61,009 bases of DNA from Gammaproteobacteria bacterium (GTDB taxonomy: Bacteria > Pseudomonadota > Gammaproteobacteria > Porifericomitales > Porifericomitaceae). Shown here piece by piece: positions 39,939-48,845 of this stretch. Positions within the stretch are counted from its first letter, which is position 1; the number at the start of each line of letters is the position of its first letter. Below the pieces are notes generated by a model. It searched no databases. It worked only from the letters and a program-made list of their open reading frames with translations, and had not been told where the DNA came from. The stretch lies in contig JAPPQA010000027.1 in the NCBI GenBank assembly GCA_028817255.1, positions 1 through 61,009 on the forward strand. The letters run 5' to 3'. The translations under genes were made by a program, and so were the position numbers.

Positions 39939-40682
39939 GTGCGGACGGACTTACATCCCTGTTATATATTGCACCGGCGTCCCTATCGGGAACATAGCTT
40001 GCTGATCGAGGTGCTCTCTCGCCGTCATGGTCGCTGGGGGCTCGTGGCTCGCGGCGTTCGTCGTCGTAGTCGTCGCCCCGCCATTCCGTTACAGCCATTT
40101 CAACTGTTGCTGCTTTCCTGGCAGGGGCGTGGCGAACTGGGGACGCTGACCCGGCACGAATCGGCTGCGCCGCCGCTCGCTTTGCCTGTAGAAAACTATT
40201 TTGCCGCCCTCTATCTCAATGAATTATTGCTGTCGCTGTTACACCGCTACGAACCGCACCATAGGTTGTTCGCTTCTTATCACGATACCTTGCTTTCGTT
40301 GCAGGGCGGTGGGGACCAGGAGGCGCCGCTGCGCAGTTTCGAGGTGTGCCTGCTGCGGGAACTCGGCTACGGCCCGGCCCTGGAGCGGGAGCATCCTTCC
40401 GGAGAGTACATCTGTGCCGAAGCGCAATACTATTACCAGGTCGGGTTGGGTCCCTGCCGTAATCGTCCGGCAGGCGATTACCAACAGATATCCGGGCGGG
40501 CCTTGCAATTCCTCTCCGGAGAGGGTCCTGCTACGCCGACCTCGTTGCGCGAGGCGAAGCGTCTGTTGCGCCATATTCTGGCGCAGCAGTTGAATGGCCG
40601 TCCCCTTGCCAGCCGCGCGCTGTACCGCGAATATCTGGGGCTGTCGCACTTGGCTTCAGAACAGGCATCAAGCAGCGCCTAG
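39939..40682 (+). CDS. recO: DNA repair protein RecO
   Basis: The 247-aa ORF begins with a typical RecO OB-fold (ILHRRPYREHSLLIEVLSRRHGR). It is placed by synteny after era. The start codon is GTG. Confidence 0.85.
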   Translation: MRTDLHPCYILHRRPYREHSLLIEVLSRRHGRWGLVARGVRRRSRRPAIPLQPFQLLLLSWQGRGELGTLTRHESAAPPLALPVENYFAALYLNELLLSLLHRYEPHHRLFASYHDTLLSLQGGGDQEAPLRSFEVCLLRELGYGPALEREHPSGEYICAEAQYYYQVGLGPCRNRPAGDYQQISGRALQFLSGEGPATPTSLREAKRLLRHILAQQLNGRPLASRALYREYLGLSHLASEQASSSA

Positions 40683-40689
40683 ACCCCGG

Positions 40690-41082
40690 ATGATTTACGG
40701 GATTGGTCTGGATATTGTTGATGTCAGGCGGATACGCTCCACTTGGCGTCGTTTCGGAGAACGCCTGGCGCGGCGGCTGTTGCACCGGGAAGAGCTGCTG
40801 GAGTATGCCGCCTGCCGTCACCCGGAATATTATCTGGCCAAACGCTTGGCGGCTAAGGAAGCGCTGGTCAAGGCCTTGGGCACCGGTTTTCAGGATGGGA
40901 TCGTCGCCAGCCAACTGCTGCTCACCCATTTGCCCAGCGGCCAGCCGCAACTGCATTGCCAGGGAATAGCGGGGAAATTACTGCTGGAGCGCGGGATTAC
41001 GGAGCGGCATGTCAGCATCACGGACGAAAAACATTATGTATTGGCCTGTGTCGTACTGGGCCGCGGTCGGCGCCGAGACTGA
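40690..41082 (+). CDS. acpS: holo-[acyl-carrier-protein] synthase
   Basis: The product begins [15 protein letters not shown] and contains the blocks FAAKEA-like ([12 protein letters not shown]) and SITDE. Confidence 0.85.
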   Translation: MIYGIGLDIVDVRRIRSTWRRFGERLARRLLHREELLEYAACRHPEYYLAKRLAAKEALVKALGTGFQDGIVASQLLLTHLPSGQPQLHCQGIAGKLLLERGITERHVSITDEKHYVLACVVLGRGRRRD

Positions 41083-42968
41083 CCGGACGAGGACTCTTTC
41101 TTCCTGTCTGCCATGGCGCCTCCTTCCGTTCCGCCTTGCCGCCTGCCTGTAGCCGATCGTGACGGGGCATTGCCTTTGGCAGGGGCGCGGTCACGGCGCC
41201 CTCCGCCGCCGCGCCGCCCGCGACGGCGGCCACCGCTGCGCCGGGTTTCGCCTCGACTTTGGCGCTCTTGCCGCGGCCGCCGACCTGCTGTCCCGCCGCT
41301 ACGGCGCCCCCAGCCGCGCAGGGCATCCCACAGCCGCAACAGCCATCCTCTCCTGCCGCCGCCGTGTCCTGGAGCCATTCCTTCCACTACCGCTCGCGGC
41401 ACCTTGCGTTGGCTGCGCCGCAGGTAGTTCTCCAATTTCGAAGAAAGCGCGGTTCCTTCTTCCCGTCTCTCCTCGCGCGCTTCGGATTCCCCTCGGCGTA
41501 GCCGGCGCAGTTGGTAGCGCGGGATTTCCAGACCCGCGTCCGGGATCATAAGGATACGAATATTCTCGCGTTTCTCGATCTCCAGCAGGGTCTCCCGCTT
41601 CTCGTTGCCGAGGAAGGTCGCTACGTCGATCGGCAGGTGGATAACTACCTGAGCAGTGGACTCCTTGACGGCCTCCTCTTCGATCAGCCGCAACAAGGCA
41701 AAGGCCTGTGATTCCAGCGAACGGACCCGCCCGGTACCGCTGCAACGCGGGCAGGCCTCAGAATTCGCGTCGCTGAGCGAAGGCCGCAGCCGTTGGCGGG
41801 ACATCTCCAAAAGTCCGAAACGGGAAATCCCCCCCATCTGCACCCGCGCACGGTCCAGGCGTACGCATTTGCGCATCCGGGACTCCACTTCGCGCTGACT
41901 GGCGTTGTTGGCCATGTCAATGAAATCCACCACGAGCAGTCCCCCCAGGTCGCGCAGGCGCAACTGGCGCGCGATCTCCTCTGCCGCCTCAAGGTTGGTG
42001 GTCAGCGCCGTTTCTTCAATGTCGCCGCCGGCAGTGGCGCGGGCGGAGTTAATATCTATGGTGATCAGCGCCTCGGTGTGGTCAATTACCAGAGAACCGC
42101 CAGAGGGTAGCGAGACCTCGCGGGCAAAGGCGGAATCGATCTGGCTCTCAATATGGTTACGGACGAACAGGGGCTCCGGCCCGGAGTACAGGCGCAACTT
42201 GTCGAGAAATTGCGGCATGGCTTGCTCCATGAATTCCCGCGTCCGCTGATAGAAGTCCTCGTTGTCTATAAGGATCTCCTGTATGTCGCCGCGCAAGTAG
42301 TCACGCAGGATCCGCACTACAATGTCGCTTTCCCGGTACACCAGAACCGGGGCCGCTCGCTCTTCGGCAGCCGCCTCGATGGTCGCCCACAGGCGCAACA
42401 GGTAATCCAGATCCCGCTGTAATTCGTTGGCATCCATGCCGACGCCCGCGGTGCGCAGGATCAAGCCCATGCCCCGGGGGATCTCCAGTGTGCTCAGAGC
42501 CTCCCGCGCCTGCTCCCGGTCATTGCCTTCGATCTGCCTGGATACTCCGCCGGCGCGGGGGTTGTTGGGCATCAGCACGAGATAGCGCCCGGCCAGGCTG
42601 ACGAAGGTGGTCAGGGCAGCGCCTTTGTTTCCGCGCTCTTCCTTTTCTACCTGGACGAGCAACTCGCGACCTTCTTTCAATGCGTCGCCAGGGGCAGGGC
42701 GCTCGTCGTCGTCCGCCTCCGGCCGGTCGGGCAGGCAGAGCACATGCGCCACCTCTTTGAAAGGCAGAAAACCGTGGCGCCCCGTGCCGTAGTCCAGGAA
42801 GGCGGCCTCCAGGCTGGGTTCCACTCGGGCTATCCGCGCCTTGTAAATACTGCCTTTCCTTTGCTCCCGGGTCCCGGACTCGATATTGAGGTCGTATAGT
42901 TGCTGACCATCCACTAGAGCGACACGCACTTCCTCTGGTTGGGCGGCATTGATTAGCATTTTTTTCAT
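41034..42968 (-). CDS. rne: ribonuclease E (short form with Arg/Gly-rich C-terminal tail)
   Basis: The N-terminal S1 and catalytic domain begins [27 protein letters not shown] ... [23 protein letters not shown]. The Zn-link is CPRCSGTG. The 644-aa product ends in [11 protein letters not shown]-type repeats. Confidence 0.9.
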   Translation of the reverse strand: MKKMLINAAQPEEVRVALVDGQQLYDLNIESGTREQRKGSIYKARIARVEPSLEAAFLDYGTGRHGFLPFKEVAHVLCLPDRPEADDDERPAPGDALKEGRELLVQVEKEERGNKGAALTTFVSLAGRYLVLMPNNPRAGGVSRQIEGNDREQAREALSTLEIPRGMGLILRTAGVGMDANELQRDLDYLLRLWATIEAAAEERAAPVLVYRESDIVVRILRDYLRGDIQEILIDNEDFYQRTREFMEQAMPQFLDKLRLYSGPEPLFVRNHIESQIDSAFAREVSLPSGGSLVIDHTEALITIDINSARATAGGDIEETALTTNLEAAEEIARQLRLRDLGGLLVVDFIDMANNASQREVESRMRKCVRLDRARVQMGGISRFGLLEMSRQRLRPSLSDANSEACPRCSGTGRVRSLESQAFALLRLIEEEAVKESTAQVVIHLPIDVATFLGNEKRETLLEIEKRENIRILMIPDAGLEIPRYQLRRLRRGESEAREERREEGTALSSKLENYLRRSQRKVPRAVVEGMAPGHGGGRRGWLLRLWDALRGWGRRSGGTAGRRPRQERQSRGETRRSGGRRRGRRGGGGRRDRAPAKGNAPSRSATGRRQGGTEGGAMADRKKESSSGQSRRRPRPSTTQANT

Positions 42969-43214
42969 TTGTAGATCCTCTGCTTTTCAGCGATTATCGG
43001 TTAGGCGCACCAGGAGCGTCCCACAGCTCGGTCACGGGGACGCCACGGGGCGCCGCGGTTGCCGAAGGCGCTGTCAGGCGAAGTCGTGAAAGCGATTGCT
43101 GCGTGTGGCGTGCAAGGGAAACCCCTGCAACGGTCCTCGAACGAAAACGCTTAATGCCAAACCCCCTTCGGCCCCTGGGGACAGACGCAAGGACGCGATC
43201 TCGTTGTCGCCCCG
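42969..43214 (-). promoter_or_regulatory. long rne 5-prime leader and divergent rne/rluC promoter region
   Basis: About 250-300 nt of non-coding sequence lies upstream of rne. In E. coli the long rne leader mediates autoregulation. No motif-level match was verified here. Confidence 0.3.
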
Positions 43215-43265
43215 ATGTCCACCCGCGGATGTCCGCCCGCGCCAGATGCTGCTACTATAGCAGAC

Positions 43266-44258
43266 ATGGCAGATGCGGACAACAGCGGCCATTACCGGCC
43301 TGTGGATTATCTGCGGGTGGACGCCGAGCATGACGGTCAGCGCATAGACAATTTCCTTGCTTTCCGGCTGCGCAGCCTGCCGCGCATGCGCCTCTATCGC
43401 CTGTTGCGCCGGGGAGAAATCCGCGTCAACCGGGGCAGGGTCCGGCAGGACTACCGGTTGCGGGTCCGCGACCAGATCCGGTTGCCTCCGCTCTACCTGT
43501 TGCCCGCGAACGAATCGCCGCCGCCGTCCGATTCCCTGCGCCGGGAACTCGAAAGCCGCATTCTGCACGAAGACGAGCGCCTGCTGGTCGTGGATAAGCC
43601 CGCCGGGCTGGCTGTGCACGGCGGTAGCGGTTTGCGCCACAGCCTGCTGGCGGCGCTACGCCACCTGCGGCCCGATGCGCCTTTCCTGGGATTGGCTCAC
43701 CGATTGGACCGGGATGCCTCCGGTTGTCTGCTGCTTTGCAAGGACTACCGCTGGCTGCGGGAGTTGCAAGCCAAGTTCCGGCAAGGCCGGGTCCGCAAGA
43801 GCTACCTTGCCCTGATTCGGGGCTGCCCGTCCCGGCCCCGGCTGCGGGTCGAATTGCCGCTGGCCAGGGCCGGGAACGCCGACCGCCGCCGCGTCGTCGT
43901 TTCCCCGCAGGGGCGCGCCGCCGCCACCAACTTGCAGCTGCGGCGCTCTTACGGCCGGGCCAGCCTGGTCTCGTTGCGAATCCCTACGGGCCGCACCCAT
44001 CAGATTCGCGTGCATACCGCCTCCATCGGCCACCCTCTGGGAGGAGACCGTAAATACGGGGCGCCGGACTTCAATCGTTGGCTGCGGCAGCAGGGTCTGG
44101 TGCGGCTATTCCTGCATGCCGACACGCTGAGTTGGAGCGGCCCTCCGGCGGCGCCGCCCTTGCGCGCCCCTCTGCCGGAAGAGCTGCGGTCAGTCTTGCG
44201 CCGCCTGGCGGACTGCCCGGATGCCCCCGAGCGAGTGCGGCACATAGGGAAGGGCTGA
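43266..44258 (+). CDS. rluC: 23S rRNA pseudouridine synthase RluC (RluA family with S4 domain)
   Basis: The S4-like N-terminus is GQRIDNFLAFRLRSLPRMRLYRLLRRGEIRVN and the catalytic block is HRLDRDASGCLL. The gene is divergent from rne, as in E. coli. An alternative ATG lies at 43215. Confidence 0.85.
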   Translation: MADADNSGHYRPVDYLRVDAEHDGQRIDNFLAFRLRSLPRMRLYRLLRRGEIRVNRGRVRQDYRLRVRDQIRLPPLYLLPANESPPPSDSLRRELESRILHEDERLLVVDKPAGLAVHGGSGLRHSLLAALRHLRPDAPFLGLAHRLDRDASGCLLLCKDYRWLRELQAKFRQGRVRKSYLALIRGCPSRPRLRVELPLARAGNADRRRVVVSPQGRAAATNLQLRRSYGRASLVSLRIPTGRTHQIRVHTASIGHPLGGDRKYGAPDFNRWLRQQGLVRLFLHADTLSWSGPPAAPPLRAPLPEELRSVLRRLADCPDAPERVRHIGKG

Positions 44259-44550
44259 CGGATTCGGTTATGGGAGCTTGGGGACCTGAAGGTTGTTTTT
44301 GAGGCGGAAATTTTAGTAAAAAATTAAATATAAACATATATTTATAGATTTAATTGAATCTAAATTATTGATTTTGGAACGAGGATGCGACGATGATACG
44401 AGGCAAGCGGCATTCGTGGTAGAATTCCCGGCATGGAACAGGCGACTGCCGAATTGCCAACCCAGGGGTCAATAGCGTACTGTGGGGAACCGGTTATAAG
44501 CGCCGTCGCAGACGCGATGATTGGTGCCGTTCCCTTGGAGACTCGTTTTT

Positions 44551-44673
44551 ATGAAAAAATCTACATCGCTTTTACAGGGCTTTTGTCTAATAGCACTGGC
44601 GCATGTTTTTCATCCGCAAATTCAAATGAGCGGAGATTATGTGTATTCGCTTGATGGCGATAGAGACTGCTGA
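44551..44673 (+). CDS. candidate 40-codon upstream ORF encoding a signal-peptide-like leader (MKKSTSLLQGFCLIALAHVFHPQIQMSGDYVYSLDGDRDC)
   Basis: This is a hand translation, and the ORF is below the size cutoff of the ORF track. GGAG lies 10 nt upstream of the ATG. The stop is 10 nt before the sppA ATG. Codon usage is AT-rich and atypical, so this may be non-coding. Confidence 0.25.
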   Translation: MKKSTSLLQGFCLIALAHVFHPQIQMSGDYVYSLDGDRDC

Positions 44674-44683
44674 AAGGTAAAGG

Positions 44684-45661
44684 ATGAGCGAGCCTGTCTC
44701 AGGAGCCCCCGCGTCCGCCCCCTCTTGGGAGCGCGGTCTGGTGGACCGCATCGCCCGGGAGCATTTTGCGGAACAGCGGCGCAAGCGGTACTGGAGTATC
44801 TTCTTCAAACTGCTGATATTCGGCTATTTTTACTTGCTTTTGGGGCTGATCTGGCAGTCTAGCGAGGTACGGAAGAGCGGCGCCCTGTTAGGGATGGGCC
44901 GGCATACCGCGGTGGTCGATGTCGAGGGGGTTATCGCTGCTGACGAGCATGCCAGTGCGGATAATATCATCTCCGGGTTGCAGGCGGCTTTCGAGAGTGA
45001 CGACGCGGCGGCGATTATCCTGCGTATCAACAGCCCGGGCGGCAGCCCCGTGGAGGCCGGTTACGTTAGCGATGAGATTTACCGGTTGCGCCAGAAGCAC
45101 CCGGACAAGAAGGTTTATGCGGTGGTGACCGGCATCTGTGCCTCGGGCGGTTACTACATCGCTTCCGCTGCCGACCAAATCTACGCCGACCCGGCCAGTA
45201 TCGTCGGTTCGATCGGAGTGATCCTCTCCAGTTTTGGCTTTGTGGAGGCCCTGGAAAAACTTGGCATACAGCGGCGACTTATGACCGCCGGCACGCACAA
45301 AGGGTTGCTGGACCCGTTCTCACCGCAGCGTCAGGAACAAGTCGAACACTTGCAAGTGATGCTGGACAACATCCATAAACAGTTCATTGAGCGGGTCAAG
45401 AAAGGCAGGGGAGACCGGTTGACGAACGAGGAGCAGGTCTTCAGCGGCCTGATCTGGACCGGCGAGCAGGGCGTGAAATTGGGTCTTGTAGATGCCCTTG
45501 GCGGGATGCATTACGTTGCCCGCGAAGTGGTGGGTGCCGAAGAGATCGTAGATTACACCCAGGGCGAGGAGTACGACTGGGAACGGCTATTTAGCGCTTT
45601 GGGCGAGGCAGCGGTCGGCAAGCTGGCCGCAATATTGCACGGCAGTTCACTCCCCCGATAG
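44684..45661 (+). CDS. sppA: signal peptide peptidase SppA (S49 family, 36K type)
   Basis: An N-terminal transmembrane segment is present (IFFKLLIFGYFYLLLGLIW). The S49 core blocks are INSPGGSPV and CASGGYYIASAADQIYADPASIVGSIGV. Confidence 0.85.
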   Translation: MSEPVSGAPASAPSWERGLVDRIAREHFAEQRRKRYWSIFFKLLIFGYFYLLLGLIWQSSEVRKSGALLGMGRHTAVVDVEGVIAADEHASADNIISGLQAAFESDDAAAIILRINSPGGSPVEAGYVSDEIYRLRQKHPDKKVYAVVTGICASGGYYIASAADQIYADPASIVGSIGVILSSFGFVEALEKLGIQRRLMTAGTHKGLLDPFSPQRQEQVEHLQVMLDNIHKQFIERVKKGRGDRLTNEEQVFSGLIWTGEQGVKLGLVDALGGMHYVAREVVGAEEIVDYTQGEEYDWERLFSALGEAAVGKLAAILHGSSLPR

Positions 45662-45700
45662 CGCCCCCCGATAGCGCCCCCGATAGCGCCCCGATAGCGG
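45652..45700. repeat. four tandem copies of CGATAGCG separated by shrinking C-tracts (unit lengths 13, 12, 11, then partial)
   Basis: Read directly from the sequence: cccccgatagcgccccccgatagcgcccccgatagcgccccgatagcgg. The first TAG is the sppA stop codon. Confidence 0.85.
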
Positions 45701-45734
45701 CGCGCACCCTGCGCCGATCACCCCCTCGGGGAGA

Positions 45735-46361
45735 CTAAGAAACTACCGGCTCCTCTGGTAGCGACGCCAGCAATGGGTCCAGGCCCTCGCGTGCCAGCAT
45801 TTCTGTCAGGCGCACCAGCGGTAGCCCGATCAAGGCGGAGGGATCGTCTCCTCGCACCCACTCCGCCAGGCACAGGCCCAGCCCCTCCGAGCGAAAGGAA
45901 GCGGCGCACCCCAGTACCCGCTCTCGCTCCAGGTATGCCTCAATGCAGGCTGGCGACAGTTGCCGGAAACGCACCCGGGTCGCCACACAGTCCAGTTGCA
46001 TCCGCCCGCTCGGGTGCAGCAGGCACAGGCCGGAAACAAATTCCACCTCTCTTCCGCTAAGCGCCTGCAATTGCCGTTGCGCCCGCTCGCGGTTCCCAGG
46101 CTTGCCGAAGATCTCTACCCCGTCCAGTGCCGCTACCTGGTCGGCGCCTACAACCAGCCGTCCCGGGCCGGCCATCGCCCGCGCCTTTGCCTCTGCCAGA
46201 CGGCGCACGTAATCTCTGGGCGGCTCCGCCTCCCGGCGGCTCTCGTCAATGTTGGCGGGAAGCACCTGGAATGGCAATCCCAGGCGTGCCAGCAACTCCC
46301 GCCGCGATGGCGAGGAAGAGGCCAGCACCAATTCCGGGTGTAGAGCTTGCGAGTCCGCCAT
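45735..46361 (-). CDS. maf: Maf-family nucleoside triphosphate pyrophosphatase
   Basis: The product begins ELVLASSSPSRRELLARLGLPFQVLPANIDES and contains the blocks GADQV and GAY-like. It is 208 aa. Confidence 0.85.
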   Translation of the reverse strand: MADSQALHPELVLASSSPSRRELLARLGLPFQVLPANIDESRREAEPPRDYVRRLAEAKARAMAGPGRLVVGADQVAALDGVEIFGKPGNRERAQRQLQALSGREVEFVSGLCLLHPSGRMQLDCVATRVRFRQLSPACIEAYLERERVLGCAASFRSEGLGLCLAEWVRGDDPSALIGLPLVRLTEMLAREGLDPLLASLPEEPVVS

Positions 46362-46531
46362 GGCGCGGATTAAACCCCTGGTCTCCCAAGGGAGTCAAAT
46401 CGGCGCCGCCAGGTATATTGTGTAGGCAACGGAAGGGTGGGGCGACTAACAGCCGAACCTTGAACGCTGTGCAGATGCGGCCGGCCCGCACGCGGGTACA
46501 AACCCAGGCGCAGGCTATGCTCGAATGCGCC

Positions 46532-47773
46532 TCAGCGATTCCTGGCGCGCATGGTCTCGATTTGGAAATAGGCCTTGTACAGATGGCTGGCGAAGCGATA
46601 GAACCCGCGCCCTCGTTCCCTGCTCGGCACTACGGCCCCCAGCTTGCGCATCCGGTTGAGAAAGTTGTCCAGCCCCTTGCGCTCGGCAACACTCAGCGTC
46701 TCTACCTCCTGCAACTCCTTTCTGGAAAACTCGACTCCGACAATATCGTCATGCGCGGTGAGCTTTTTCAGGATGGAACGGTACCTTCTGCTCTGTAGTT
46801 CCCGAACGAGTTCGCTTTTCAGGAAACGACGCTTCACGGCATCGCCCGCCTCGACAATGCCATGGAACATCTCTTCAGGCGTTACCTTCTTGTTCTTTGC
46901 CTGCCGCCATACTGCATCGCCGATCTCATGCGCAAGCAATGGCAGGCCGCCGCAATAACGGGCGATCGGCTTGATACCGTTGTTGCTTAGCACGACATTG
47001 CGCCGTTTCAGGACAGTCCTGAAGAACGCCGCGCTCTCCGATAACGTCCACGGCTGCAGACGCACCGTCGGCAGCAAAGCCTGCTTCTTTGCCCGCTTCC
47101 CGGGGACATTGTTGGCTGTCGCGCTCTCCATCGCATCGTAGAGACAAGTCTCCGTACAGACGAAGAGCAGGCAAACGGGGAGATGCGCCGCGCCATTGGC
47201 CGCGTCTCCCGCCAAGCGCATCAGCCAATCCGCAAATTCGGGGTCGGCGGCCAGGTCTTCGATGTCATCCAGGATCAACAGCAATACTTTTCTGTCGCTC
47301 TTGCCGCTTCCCGCCCTGTTGACGAGTTGCGCCATGATATCGGCGAAATCGCGCAACGCCGCTGCCTGTTCTTTGTCCGCCAGCCGCAACCGTATCCCGG
47401 CGCCGTAAGGGCCGCTGTTCTCGATGCGCCCGTTGTCAAAGGCCCGCCACAGGCTCCTGCCCCAGGATTTATTCTCGTTGTCTTTCAGCAGTTGCGACAG
47501 GGCCTCGGCCGGCAGTTCCTGTATTCTCTGTGCGCTCCCGAGGCGCACGTGCGCCCGGACGGCCTTCTCGTTGCGCTCCGCGAGCAGGCCGACCAGTGCG
47601 GCCAGCGAGCTCTTGCCAACGCCGTGCTCGCCGGCGATCCAGCCGACCTGCAGTTTTCCTCGCCGCGCCTTGCGCACCATGGCGAGTAGTTTTGCAATCG
47701 GCCGCTCGCGGCCAATGAACGTCTCGGCAGGCGCCAGTCGGTTGGGTGCGAAAGGGCTATTTCCTGGATTCAT
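46532..47773 (-). CDS. uncharacterised P-loop NTPase (AAA/ORC-Cdc6-like or small STAND-like) with a basic C-terminal, probably winged-helix, region
   Basis: The N-terminal FIGRERPI motif is followed by Walker A (GEHGVGKSS) and Walker B (VLLLILDDIEDL). The C-terminal third is rich in R/K (RKGLDNFLNRMRKLGAVVP). Confidence 0.75.
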   Translation of the reverse strand: MNPGNSPFAPNRLAPAETFIGRERPIAKLLAMVRKARRGKLQVGWIAGEHGVGKSSLAALVGLLAERNEKAVRAHVRLGSAQRIQELPAEALSQLLKDNENKSWGRSLWRAFDNGRIENSGPYGAGIRLRLADKEQAAALRDFADIMAQLVNRAGSGKSDRKVLLLILDDIEDLAADPEFADWLMRLAGDAANGAAHLPVCLLFVCTETCLYDAMESATANNVPGKRAKKQALLPTVRLQPWTLSESAAFFRTVLKRRNVVLSNNGIKPIARYCGGLPLLAHEIGDAVWRQAKNKKVTPEEMFHGIVEAGDAVKRRFLKSELVRELQSRRYRSILKKLTAHDDIVGVEFSRKELQEVETLSVAERKGLDNFLNRMRKLGAVVPSRERGRGFYRFASHLYKAYFQIETMRARNR

Positions 47774-47803
47774 GGCAAAGCTTCCAATTTGAACAAAGGC
47801 TTA

Positions 47804-47812
47804 ACTATAACA
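47804..47812 (-). promoter_or_regulatory. candidate extended -10 promoter element (TGTTATAGT) for the P-loop NTPase gene
   Basis: The minus strand reads TCTGTTATAGTTAAGCC. GGAAG follows 8 nt before the ATG at 47773. Confidence 0.3.
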
Positions 47813-47978
47813 GAAATCGGCGCCCTTGCGGTAGCCGTAGTCTTTGCCAATGACACGATGCCGGCGCGAGCCGGAACGGGGGCGGCGATTTCAATGTGAA
47901 ATGAATTCCAAAAAAGCCGAGGTTGGCAATTTCTCAGCGCCAAGTCGCCGCGCCATTTCCGCTGTCGGCGGGGCCGGA

Positions 47979-48845
47979 TTAAGGCGCCTTTGCGGCAGCG
48001 CCATCGGTGCCGGCCCAGCCTCGCCGGTAGCCGGCCAGCAATTCAGCGCGGTTGCTGAACAACCAGTCCGTCTCAAGTTGCCACTCCCGTTTGAAGCCGT
48101 TCTCCGAATCCACGAAGCCGGCGCCCACTTTAATGCCCTGCCGCCGCAGGCGCAGGCGCAGGCGGCGCCCCAGCAGTAAAAAATGCCCGGCCATCCCACC
48201 GTAGCCGTGCGCCAAAACCTGGCGTGCGATATAGCGAGTGTTCGTCTCGGCAACCAGCACCTTGCATTGCCGGGGCCAACAGCGCAACTGCGCCATCGTC
48301 TCCGGGTGCAATGCCAACAGGTGGAAGTCCCGCTCCGGCACCAATCCCTGCAGGATTTTCCGCAGCTTGGCGTTGTAGCGCGGTTCGTAGGTCTGCCGCT
48401 TGACTTCGATCATAAAGTGCAGCCCTTCCCGGAAAGCGCCCAGGACCTCTTCCAGAAACGGCACTTCCGGACAGCGCTGCCGCATCTCGGCCCGGCTCAG
48501 TTCTGCCGGGCGCAGGGATGCATCGCCCCAGATCCGTCCTCCGTCAGCGTCGTGCAACACAACCGGGCAGCCGTCCCGGGTGAATTGCAGGTCCAGTTCT
48601 ATTGCCCATACTCCGGCCTGCAGAGCACACTGAAACGCCTCCATGCTGTTCTCTTTGATTTTGCGGTTGCCGTCGTGGCAACCCCGGTGCGCTACCAACT
48701 TGCAGACCCCTTGCAAAGGCGCTACGCCCCGTCGCCTGGGGATCCGGGCATATGTCTCGGCGAGTAACCGTTCCAGCGCGTCCTGTATCGCCATTTGCTC
48801 ATCATCCTCTATGATGCGAAGCGAGTCCAATCGGATCGCTTGCAT
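47979..48845 (-). CDS. glycerophosphodiester phosphodiesterase (GDPD) family protein, no signal peptide
   Basis: GDPD catalytic blocks are VAHRGC ... KENSMEAF ... [19 protein letters not shown]. Confidence 0.8.
   Translation of the reverse strand: MQAIRLDSLRIIEDDEQMAIQDALERLLAETYARIPRRRGVAPLQGVCKLVAHRGCHDGNRKIKENSMEAFQCALQAGVWAIELDLQFTRDGCPVVLHDADGGRIWGDASLRPAELSRAEMRQRCPEVPFLEEVLGAFREGLHFMIEVKRQTYEPRYNAKLRKILQGLVPERDFHLLALHPETMAQLRCWPRQCKVLVAETNTRYIARQVLAHGYGGMAGHFLLLGRRLRLRLRRQGIKVGAGFVDSENGFKREWQLETDWLFSNRAELLAGYRRGWAGTDGAAAKAP

Noticed and set aside
44296-44378. The AT-rich tract was considered as a dif (XerC/XerD) site or a replication origin/DUE. ATTAAATATAA matches 9 of 11 positions of the reverse complement of the XerD arm.
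   Set aside because: The diagnostic inner palindrome CATAA-6 nt-TTATG is absent, and the XerC arm matches only about 3 of 11 positions. No DnaA boxes (TTATCCACA) and no dnaA, dnaN or gidA context are nearby.
44433-44654. A 73-aa ORF from the ORF track lies in the rluC-sppA gap (MEQATAELPTQGSIAYCGEP...).
   Set aside because: It has no ribosome-binding site, no recognisable domain and atypical composition. It overlaps the better-supported 40-codon ORF in another frame. It is treated as non-coding.
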